Source of the DNA: Abditibacteriaceae bacterium
GTDB lineage: Bacteria > Armatimonadota > Abditibacteriia > Abditibacteriales > Abditibacteriaceae
Direction: 5' to 3'
Assembly: GCA_031372065.1 (NCBI GenBank)
Contig: JANMKN010000092.1
Span: 1-19,236 of the forward strand
Length of the DNA stretch: 19,236 bases
This document shows, piece by piece, positions 7,765 through 15,066 of this stretch (its first letter is position 1; every line of letters starts with the position of its first letter). Both the position numbers and the translations under genes were made by a program. The notes beneath the pieces were generated by a model, which was not told where the DNA came from, searched no databases, and was given only the letters and a program-made list of their open reading frames with translations.

Positions 7765-10743
7765 ATGAAGAAACTCCTGCCGTTTCTCATCGCCTTGCTC
7801 ATTTCAACGTCCGCTTTCGCCCAACCGCAAGGATGGCAACACACCGGAGAACTCACCATTCTCACCACGCCCGAAGGCGCGGGCCTTCCGACAGGCGCGA
7901 CGCTGGAAAATTTTCCGTTGCTGGTGCGCCTGCATAAAGACTGGTTCGATTTCGCTCAGGCGAAGCCGAACGGCGAAGATATTCGCTTTAGCGACAGCAA
8001 CGGCGCGGCGCTGCCGTTTCAGATTGAAGAATGGGACGCCGCGCGTGGAGAAGCCAGCATTTGGGTGCGTGTGCCGAAGATTGAAGGCAACGCGCGCCAG
8101 TTTTTGAAAATGCACTGGGGTAAGGCCGACGCGCAAAGCGAATCAAACGCCAAAGCCGTTTTTAACGAAGCCAACGGCTACGCCGGCGTGTGGCATATGG
8201 GCGAAACGGTGGCCGATGAAACTGGCGCGACGGATACGAAAAACCAGGGCACCACGCCGAGAGCAGGCGTCATCGGCACGGCGCGGCACTTCGCCGGCGG
8301 GCAGGGCATTTTCGGCGGCGACCACATCACAACTTATCCCGTTGGCTCGGAATCGAGCAGCACGGAAGTATGGGTCCGCGCGGAAGCGCCCAACTCCACG
8401 ATCATGGGCTGGGGCGACCAAACACAACAGGGCAAGATAGTGATGCAATTCCGCAGTCCGCCGCATGTGGGGATGGATTGTTGGTTTTCCGATGCCAACG
8501 TGGAAGGCAGCGCTCGCGTCCCGCTGGGTCAGTGGAATCATGTCGTCCACACCTACCGGAAGGGCGAGGCGATCCTCTACGTGAACGGGGTAATGGACGC
8601 CATCAATACGAAGGATGGCGGGCCACTGAAGATCCCGAATCCGGCACGACTGTGGATCGGCGGTTGGACTGGGAACTATGATTTCGTGGGCGACCTCGAC
8701 GAAGTGCGCATTTCGAAAGTGGCGCGCTCTGCCGACTGGGTGCGCCTCGAATACGAAAACCAGAAGCCGCAACAAACCTTAGTCGGGCCGATTATTCAGC
8801 GCGGCGCGGCGTTTTCGGTGTCTTCGGCCAAGCTCAAAGTGCCCGAAGGCCAAAGCGCCACCATCACCGCGCAGGCGGGCGGAGCGCAAAAACTGTTCTG
8901 GCTGCTCAAACAGGGCGGCGCTGAAAAAATCATCGCCACCGACCGCTTTCATTTCACCTTCGAGGCAGGCCGCGTTTCCGGCGACCAAAGCGCGACGCTG
9001 CAACTCAAGGCGGTTTTCGCCGATGGAGTGAAGACCAAAGAAGTCGCGCTGACGGTCAAAGAAACCATTCCCGAACCGGCTTTCACGCTCAAAGCGCCCG
9101 CCAAATGGGACGGGCGCACGCCGATTGAAATCATGCCGCAGGTGACGAACCTCGCCGCGATGCAGGCTAAAGGCGCGGGCAATTTAACCACGACGTGGAG
9201 CATCACCCCATTTGCCGTCATCAAAGAAGCCGCGCCCGGCAAACTGCTGTTAAAACGCGCCTTAAACAGCGGAAAAATGACGGTGACGGCGACCATCAGC
9301 AATGGCGGAGCGCCGGTCGCGCAATCGGCAGTCATCGCCGTGACCGAACCCAAAAGCGATGCGTGGGCCGAACGCGCGCCCTCCAAGGATGAAAAGCCCG
9401 AAGACGGCCAGTTCTACGCGCGCGACGACAAAAACGAAGGCACGCTTTTCTACAACGGCACGCTGGAAACGCCCGCCAGCGCGGTGTTTCTCAAACTCTA
9501 CGCGGACGCCAATCTCATCAAAACCGAGACGCGCAAACTCGGCGCGGATAAGAGCTACGCCTTCACCGTGAAGCTCAAACCCGGCCTGATTAAATACAAA
9601 GTCGAGTTCGGCAGCAAAACCGGCGGCGCGGAAACTGTGCTGCAAGCGGTGAGCAATATCGTCTGCGGCGATGCCTATTTAATTGATGGCCAATCCAACG
9701 CGCTGGCGACCGACACCGGCGAGAAATCGCCGCCGGAAACGAGCGATTGGATTCGCAGCTATGGCCGCCCGAACGGCAACGCCAAAGACGGGCAAGGTAA
9801 CCTATGGTGCAACCCGGTGTGGAAGGCACGGCAAGGCGAAAAGGCCGAACTCGGCTGGTGGGGCATGGAGTTGGCGAAGCGGCTGGTCGAAAGTCAGAAG
9901 ATGCCGATTTTCATTCTCAACGCTGCCGTCGGAGGCACGCGCATTGACCAGCATCAGCGCAGCGCCGCCGACCCGACCGACCTAAACACGATTTACGGGC
10001 GGATGCTGTGGCGCGTGCAACAGGCCAGGCTCACGCACGGCATTCGCGGCATTTTGTGGCATCAGGGCGAAAATGATCAAGGTTCGGATGGCCCGACGGG
10101 CGGCTTCGGCTGGGAGAGCTATCAGCAGTTGTTTTTGGAAATGTCGGCGGCGTGGAAACAGGATTTCCCCAACGTCCAGCACTATTACATCTTCCAAATC
10201 TGGCCCAACTCCTGCGCGATGGGCGGACGCGATGGCAACGGCGACCGTTTGCGCGAAAAACAACGCACATTGCCGTTTTTGTTTTCCAATATGAGCATCA
10301 TGTCCACGCTCGGCGTGCGCCCGTCCGGCGGCTGCCATTTTCCATTGGTCGGCTGGGCCGAATTCGCCCGCCTGATTCAACCGCTCATCGAGCGCGACAA
10401 CTACGGCAAAGTGCCCGCCGCGTCCATCACGCCGCCGAATTTGCGCGGAGCCGTTTTTGGCGCCGCCCGCGACAGCATCGCGCTGGAATTCGATCAGCCC
10501 GTGGCGTGGGATGACAAGCTCGTTTCGCAGTTCTATCTCGACGGCGAAAAGGACAAAGTCGCTTCCGGCAGCGTCACGGGCAACGTGCTGACGCTCAAAC
10601 TCAAAGCACCGAGCGCAGCGACGAAAATCACCTATCTCAAAGAATCGCAGTGGAATCAGGACACGCTGCTGAACGGCGCCAACGGCATCGCCGCGCTGAC
10701 GTTTTACGAGGTGCCAATTGTGGCGGCGAAACTGGCCCCGTAA
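7765..10743 (+). CDS. Secreted DUF2341 + LamG/concanavalin-like + SASA (sialate/carbohydrate O-acetylesterase, SGNH) multidomain protein, 992 aa
   Basis: Signal peptide (AFA-Q). DUF2341-like DIRFSD...LPFQIEEWD...ASIWVRVP. LamG-like WNHVVHTY...LYVNG...LWIGG...FVGDLDEVRIS. SASA motifs GDAYLIDGQSNA, AVGGTRI, GILWHQGEND and GGCHF. Confidence 0.85.
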   Translation: MKKLLPFLIALLISTSAFAQPQGWQHTGELTILTTPEGAGLPTGATLENFPLLVRLHKDWFDFAQAKPNGEDIRFSDSNGAALPFQIEEWDAARGEASIWVRVPKIEGNARQFLKMHWGKADAQSESNAKAVFNEANGYAGVWHMGETVADETGATDTKNQGTTPRAGVIGTARHFAGGQGIFGGDHITTYPVGSESSSTEVWVRAEAPNSTIMGWGDQTQQGKIVMQFRSPPHVGMDCWFSDANVEGSARVPLGQWNHVVHTYRKGEAILYVNGVMDAINTKDGGPLKIPNPARLWIGGWTGNYDFVGDLDEVRISKVARSADWVRLEYENQKPQQTLVGPIIQRGAAFSVSSAKLKVPEGQSATITAQAGGAQKLFWLLKQGGAEKIIATDRFHFTFEAGRVSGDQSATLQLKAVFADGVKTKEVALTVKETIPEPAFTLKAPAKWDGRTPIEIMPQVTNLAAMQAKGAGNLTTTWSITPFAVIKEAAPGKLLLKRALNSGKMTVTATISNGGAPVAQSAVIAVTEPKSDAWAERAPSKDEKPEDGQFYARDDKNEGTLFYNGTLETPASAVFLKLYADANLIKTETRKLGADKSYAFTVKLKPGLIKYKVEFGSKTGGAETVLQAVSNIVCGDAYLIDGQSNALATDTGEKSPPETSDWIRSYGRPNGNAKDGQGNLWCNPVWKARQGEKAELGWWGMELAKRLVESQKMPIFILNAAVGGTRIDQHQRSAADPTDLNTIYGRMLWRVQQARLTHGIRGILWHQGENDQGSDGPTGGFGWESYQQLFLEMSAAWKQDFPNVQHYYIFQIWPNSCAMGGRDGNGDRLREKQRTLPFLFSNMSIMSTLGVRPSGGCHFPLVGWAEFARLIQPLIERDNYGKVPAASITPPNLRGAVFGAARDSIALEFDQPVAWDDKLVSQFYLDGEKDKVASGSVTGNVLTLKLKAPSAATKITYLKESQWNQDTLLNGANGIAALTFYEVPIVAAKLAP

Positions 10744-10793
10744 TTCCATCCTCATATGAATTCAGGTGGTTCAAATAATTGAAAATTCAAATC

Positions 10794-12452
10794 ATGAAAT
10801 CTGTCTCGACGAAACTTCTGTCCCTCGCATTTGGAATCGCGGCCCTCGTTGCTGCCCCTTGCCCATCGCGCGCCCAGACTGCGGCGCCCGCTGCCGCGCC
10901 GCCAGTCGCGCTCATCACGCCCGCGCAGTGGCTCCAGCGCCAGCCGAAACCGATTTTTAAACCCGGCCACACCATGCCGCGCCTGACGCGCTATGGCTGG
11001 GACTTATCGTTAGAAACGAGTGTCGAGTTTGCCGATAATTGGAATTATGTCCTGCAAACTAACTATCTGAGCGACGAAACCGTCAAACGTGCGTTGAATG
11101 ACCCGCAAAGCAGAGAAGCCAAAATGGTGGCGCTGGCGCTTTCCAACCCGAAGAAATATCCGCTGGGCGTGATCCTTTCGCGCGACGAGCCGCCCAACCC
11201 GGCGCCCGAAACATTCCTGCGCGACGCCGAAGGCAAGCTCATTGACGGCCAGAATATTTACAGCCCGCTCAACCCACAAAGCGTGCTCGACCAGATGGGC
11301 GAACTGCGGGCGCGTCCTTTGAGGGAGTTGCGGAAAAAAGTGCCGATCAACATCATTCTCAACGGCGGCGAATATGGTCTGGGCGTCCTCGGCTTCATGC
11401 AAAAGCAGGCCGAGCGCGATCCCAAAGTCGTGGCGGCCAAAGGCGACAGTGATTGGTTCAGCTTCATCTCCAAAGCCAAAGCGCGCGAACGCCAAACCAT
11501 CGCTGATGCCGTCCGCAAAGCGGTTCCCGACCGCAATCTTTACATTTATTACGGCTCCGGCAACGTGGAGCGCAACCGTTACGGCGGCTGGGGCGATTGG
11601 GGCTATGACGACACTTATGCGCTGAACGCCACCGATTTGCCGTCCAACGAGTATTATTACAAGCACTTCAACAGTGGTTATCTGCCGGATGCGGGCGGCA
11701 ACGACTTGTTGACGCGCGCGCTGAATGCGGTCGGTTTTCAAATCGCGCACAACAAAAATTACTCCTACGACTGGCTTTCGCCGGGCTGGGTTGAGGAGGC
11801 CGATGCTCATGGTAATCCGTTGCCGGCGGCGCCCAAACCCGCCGCCGGCGCGCAAAAACCGCAGTTGCAGGAAGGCAACGCGGCGGCTTTGGTTGATCCC
11901 AACGCGGGCGAACTCAGCCCGATGACGTTGTATGCCGGTTTTCTGAAATGCTTGTTCACCAGCGGTATGTTGGGCGGCAACGCGGGTTATTATGCGTTTC
12001 CAATCGGCGGTTTTGACGGCTCGTTTCCCGCCGATAAACCCGCGCATTACCTGCCGCAAATGACCACGCTTTCGCAAGTGCAGGCGCTGTTTTCCTATCT
12101 CGAAGACGACTTGCGCCACAGCGATTTGCTGCCCGGCCCGAACCGGCACATTTGGTCGAAAGATCAAGCGGCCTATGAATTTCCGACGGGCAATTTGGGC
12201 GTGCGCGTGCTGGCGCGCAAACACCGCACGAAAAACCTGTGGCTGATGACCGCGTGGGCCGCCGACGGCGTGGAGCGTCCGGTGAAAGTCGCCATTCCGC
12301 AACTCGGCGAAGTCACACTTTTGGCGCGTGCGGCGGGCAGCGTTTACACCGCCACTGTGCAGAACAAGCGGCCTCGCCTCCTGCTGACCGACCCGGATGC
12401 AATGACGCCGACCGCCAAAGGCTTCGCTCCCCAAAAAGTGACGCCCACCTAA
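10794..12452 (+). CDS. Secreted hypothetical protein, possible TIM-barrel glycoside hydrolase, ~552 aa
   Basis: Likely ATG 10794 (MKSVSTKLLSLAFGIAALVAAPCPSRA-Q), then an Ala/Pro linker. Aromatic-rich core with candidate strand-end glutamates (IILNGGEYG, LPSNEYYY) and a beta-rich C-terminus. Family not recognised. Confidence 0.75.
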   Translation: MKSVSTKLLSLAFGIAALVAAPCPSRAQTAAPAAAPPVALITPAQWLQRQPKPIFKPGHTMPRLTRYGWDLSLETSVEFADNWNYVLQTNYLSDETVKRALNDPQSREAKMVALALSNPKKYPLGVILSRDEPPNPAPETFLRDAEGKLIDGQNIYSPLNPQSVLDQMGELRARPLRELRKKVPINIILNGGEYGLGVLGFMQKQAERDPKVVAAKGDSDWFSFISKAKARERQTIADAVRKAVPDRNLYIYYGSGNVERNRYGGWGDWGYDDTYALNATDLPSNEYYYKHFNSGYLPDAGGNDLLTRALNAVGFQIAHNKNYSYDWLSPGWVEEADAHGNPLPAAPKPAAGAQKPQLQEGNAAALVDPNAGELSPMTLYAGFLKCLFTSGMLGGNAGYYAFPIGGFDGSFPADKPAHYLPQMTTLSQVQALFSYLEDDLRHSDLLPGPNRHIWSKDQAAYEFPTGNLGVRVLARKHRTKNLWLMTAWAADGVERPVKVAIPQLGEVTLLARAAGSVYTATVQNKRPRLLLTDPDAMTPTAKGFAPQKVTPT

Positions 12453-12484
12453 CTGAACTTTTTTCAAAAAGGTGGAGACTTAAA

Positions 12485-13588
12485 ATGAAACAACTGCTTT
12501 GTCGGAGAGCTTTTATGACCACTGTTTTTGCGGCCCTCAGCGCCACCGTTATTCACGGTGCGCCGTTGGTGGGCGCGATTCGCTGGGATGCGTGGTATGG
12601 CGCGGACGGGCCGGTGACGGCGATGGAAAAATCGTTGGGGCCGCCGAAATATCACTTTCGCCTGCCGTGGTTTGCCACCGTCACCGGCGAAGGCGCAGTG
12701 AAAATTGACGGTGACCGCCCCGAAGTCATGGCGCGCGAAATCGAGTGGGCGGCCACGGCGGGACTGGATTATTGGGCGTTTGTGGACTACGGCGACAGTG
12801 GCGCGATGAGCCGTGGCCTGCGGAATTATTTGGCGGCAGACGACAAGCGCGGCGTGAAATACTGCTTCGTCGAAGAAGGCGGACGGCTGGACGGCAGCGA
12901 TCTGGCGAAGATGTGGCCGCGTCTGGTCGGCCATTTTCAGCGCGCCGACTACGTCAAAGTGCTGGATGGCCGCCCGCTGCTATTTGTCTTTGGCCCCCCG
13001 AAAAAACTGGGCAAGCAACAATTCGACGACTTGGCAGAGCGTTGTTTGAAGGCTGGCTTATTACGTCCTTATCTGGTTTTCATGGGTTGGAACCCCGAAG
13101 CCGACAACAAAACCCGCACAGAACTGGGCTTCGATGCCGTTTCGGCCTACGGCGCGCACGGTGCCTATGATAAGCAGCCGCCGAGCTTCGCCGATTTAGT
13201 CGAAGGCGTGGAGCAAGGCCGATGGGAAACCTGCCGCCGCTTGAAAATTCCCTGTGTGACCTTCGCCACCAGCGGCTGGGACACGCGCCCGCGCATCGAA
13301 AACCCGCCGCCGTGGATAAATTGGGTGCAAGCCGATCCCGACCCCACGCCGCCTGCACAACAAACACCTCTGCGCGACGCCGCCACCGCCACGCCCGCAC
13401 AGTTGGCGGCGCATATTAAAAATGCCGTGGCGTGGACGAACGCCAACCGGGACATCAATCTTAGCAACGCCATTTTGATTTACGCTTGGAACGAAAACGA
13501 CGAAGGCGGCTGGCTGATGCCCACGCGCGGCGCCGACGGCCAACCCGACGACAGCCGAATTTTGGCATTACGTGAAGTTCTGCGTTGA
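12485..13588 (+). CDS. Secreted GH99-like (WbsX/GH71/GH99 superfamily) protein, ~367 aa
   Basis: Start reassigned to ATG 12485 (AGGTGGAG upstream). Motifs GAIRWDAWY, EIEWAATAGLDYWAF, YVKVLDGRPLLFVF, GWDTRPR and ILIYAWNENDEGGWLMP (NExxE). Confidence 0.8.
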   Translation: MKQLLCRRAFMTTVFAALSATVIHGAPLVGAIRWDAWYGADGPVTAMEKSLGPPKYHFRLPWFATVTGEGAVKIDGDRPEVMAREIEWAATAGLDYWAFVDYGDSGAMSRGLRNYLAADDKRGVKYCFVEEGGRLDGSDLAKMWPRLVGHFQRADYVKVLDGRPLLFVFGPPKKLGKQQFDDLAERCLKAGLLRPYLVFMGWNPEADNKTRTELGFDAVSAYGAHGAYDKQPPSFADLVEGVEQGRWETCRRLKIPCVTFATSGWDTRPRIENPPPWINWVQADPDPTPPAQQTPLRDAATATPAQLAAHIKNAVAWTNANRDINLSNAILIYAWNENDEGGWLMPTRGADGQPDDSRILALREVLR

Positions 13589-13611
13589 GATGTCACCAGC
13601 GCGCGAACCGC

Positions 13612-13675
13612 GCCGCTGCCGTGGCCGAAAACGCAGTTCCTGACGCAAGGCACGCCACTGAAAGTGGGGACGTAA
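13612..13675 (+). repeat. Copy 1 of a ~64-bp direct repeat, probable 3' remnant of a lost gene (PLPWPKTQFLTQGTPLKVGT*)
   Basis: First 40 nt are 35/40 identical to 14986-15025. Both copies end GTGGGG-x-CGTAA, 16-17 nt before an esterase start codon. Confidence 0.7.
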
Positions 13676-13692
13676 CGGCGAAAACGCACACC

Positions 13693-14066
13693 ATGGAACA
13701 CCTTCGCCAACTCGCCGGAGCCTTACTTTTTATGAACGCCAACCTCGTCCACGCCGAGACGTTGCCACCGATTACAGCGGCAAAGTGCCGCAAAACCTCG
13801 ACGAACTATGGGCTGGGTTCGACCCGCGCCGCGAGCCGCTGCAAAGCGAGATTCTCAAAGAATGGGAACAAGACGGCGTGGTCTGCCGCGTGGTGCGCTT
13901 TCAGGTGGGCGAATTCAAAGGCGCACCGGCCAAAGTCGCGGCGTTTTATGTGTTTCCCAAAGGCACGACAAAAATTCCGGGGCTGCTGCAACTGCACGGC
14001 AGCGGGCAGTCGGCCAGTTTTGATGGCGCCTTTGCCAACGCCAAACGCGGCTACGCTTCGCTGTCG
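13693..14066 (+). pseudogene. Frameshifted, 3'-truncated paralogue of the 15067-16944 alpha/beta-hydrolase
   Basis: MEHLRQLAGALLFMNANLVHAETLPPITA, then a 1-nt deletion near 13776-13780, then GKVPQNLDELWAGFDPRREPL...LHGSGQ...NAKRGYASLS. This aligns with MKFRTMLLGALLLPNVAHAETLPPLDAGKAPQNFDEMWAGFDPRREPL...IHGGGQ...NAQRGYATVS. Homology stops abruptly at 14066, before the catalytic GxSxG. Confidence 0.85.
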
Positions 14067-14142
14067 CGTAAACTCGGCCCGCAGACAACTTTGTTCTACC
14101 GGCCTGCAAACTCTGTCTCAACCATCATTGGAGGTCATCATT

Positions 14143-14979
14143 ATGCGGTTTTCAACCCCAAATGTCCGAAAAAAAAGCCAGAAAATGGCGCTTGTCGCCC
14201 TCGTTTTGCTCGTCGCGCTGGTGCCTGCATTCGCCAAGCAGAAGGTCATCGTCCTTAAAGGCCATACGCATTGGCTGTTTGGTGCGGAATTCAGCGCTGA
14301 TGGCAAACGCATCATCACCGCCAGTTGGGACAGAACGGCGCGGGTCTGGAATGCCCAAAACGGCCAGTGCTTAGCCATCCTTAAAGGACAGGTGCAAAGT
14401 GCTCAATTCAGCGCGGACGGCAAACGCATCGTCACCGCTGGAGACGACAATATGGCGCGGGTGTGGGATGCCAGCAGTTACCAGTGCTTAACTGTTTTCA
14501 AAGGACATACGGATTCGGTGGACGCTCAATTCAGCCCGGATGGCAAGCGCATCGCCACTGGCAGTTGTGATCATACGGCACGGGTGTGGGATGCCACCAG
14601 CGGCCAGTGCTTATCCATCCTCAAAGGACATAATAAATGTGTGTGGGCGCCGCAATTCAGCGCGGACGGCAAACGCATCGTCACCTATGGTGACAATACG
14701 CCGCAGGTGTGGGATGCCAGCAGCGGCAAGTGCTTAGCTGTCCTCAAGGGACATGAGGAATTTGTGAACACTGCACAGTTCAGCGCTGATGGCAAACGCA
14801 TCGTCACCGCGAGTTCGGACAAGACAGCGCGGGTTTGGAATGCAATCAGCGGCCAGTGCTTAATGGTTCTCAGGGGACACGAAGAAACCGGGGTTGGTGC
14901 GGAATTCAGCGCGGACGGCAAGCGCGTCGTCACCTGTAGTCGGGACAAAACGGCGCGAGTGTGGGATGTCGGGCCGTAG
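14143..14979 (+). CDS. Secreted WD40-repeat protein with six highly similar repeats, 278 aa
   Basis: GGAGGT at 14130-14135 precedes ATG 14143. Signal peptide ...KMALVALVLLVALVPAFA-K. Six repeats of consensus LKGH....AxFSADGKRIVT...DxTARVWDA.SGQC. The longer ORF call from 13585 is an out-of-frame read of the pseudogene. Confidence 0.9.
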   Translation: MRFSTPNVRKKSQKMALVALVLLVALVPAFAKQKVIVLKGHTHWLFGAEFSADGKRIITASWDRTARVWNAQNGQCLAILKGQVQSAQFSADGKRIVTAGDDNMARVWDASSYQCLTVFKGHTDSVDAQFSPDGKRIATGSCDHTARVWDATSGQCLSILKGHNKCVWAPQFSADGKRIVTYGDNTPQVWDASSGKCLAVLKGHEEFVNTAQFSADGKRIVTASSDKTARVWNAISGQCLMVLRGHEETGVGAEFSADGKRVVTCSRDKTARVWDVGP

Positions 14980-14985
14980 TCGTTT

Positions 14986-15050
14986 GCCGCTGCCGTGGCA
15001 GGAAACGCAGTTCTTGACGGAGGGCGTGCCGTTTTGCCGTGGGGCCGTAA
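14986..15050 (+). repeat. Copy 2 of the ~64-bp direct repeat (PLPWQETQFLTEGVPF / AVGP* with a 1-nt insertion)
   Basis: Aligns with 13612-13675 and lies directly upstream of the intact esterase. Confidence 0.7.
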
Positions 15051-15066
15051 ACAGTGAGAAAGCTCT

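Noticed and set aside
11010..12467. 485-aa minus-strand ORF and similar long antisense ORFs (9982-10755, 15253-16077)
   Set aside because: Shadow frames of high-GC plus-strand genes.
12239..12484. N-terminal extension of the GH99-like ORF
   Set aside because: Overlaps the previous gene by over 200 nt; RBS and signal peptide support ATG 12485.
13586..13675. TGA read-through or selenocysteine extension of the GH99-like gene into DVTSARTAPLPW...
   Set aside because: In-frame position has a 1-in-3 chance, the second copy is out of frame with its upstream gene, and the GH99-like domain appears complete at the stop.
13585..14142. 464-aa fusion ORF joining the upstream region to the WD40 repeats
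   Set aside because: Created by the pseudogene frameshift; the WD40 gene has its own GGAGGT RBS and signal peptide.
14257..14979. CRISPR array or DGR template/variable repeat
   Set aside because: Repeats are in-frame ~126-nt coding units; no cas or reverse transcriptase gene is in the window and differences are not obviously adenine-specific.
13612..15052. Integron attC sites
   Set aside because: No RYYYAAC...GTTRRRY palindromic structure and no integrase in the window.
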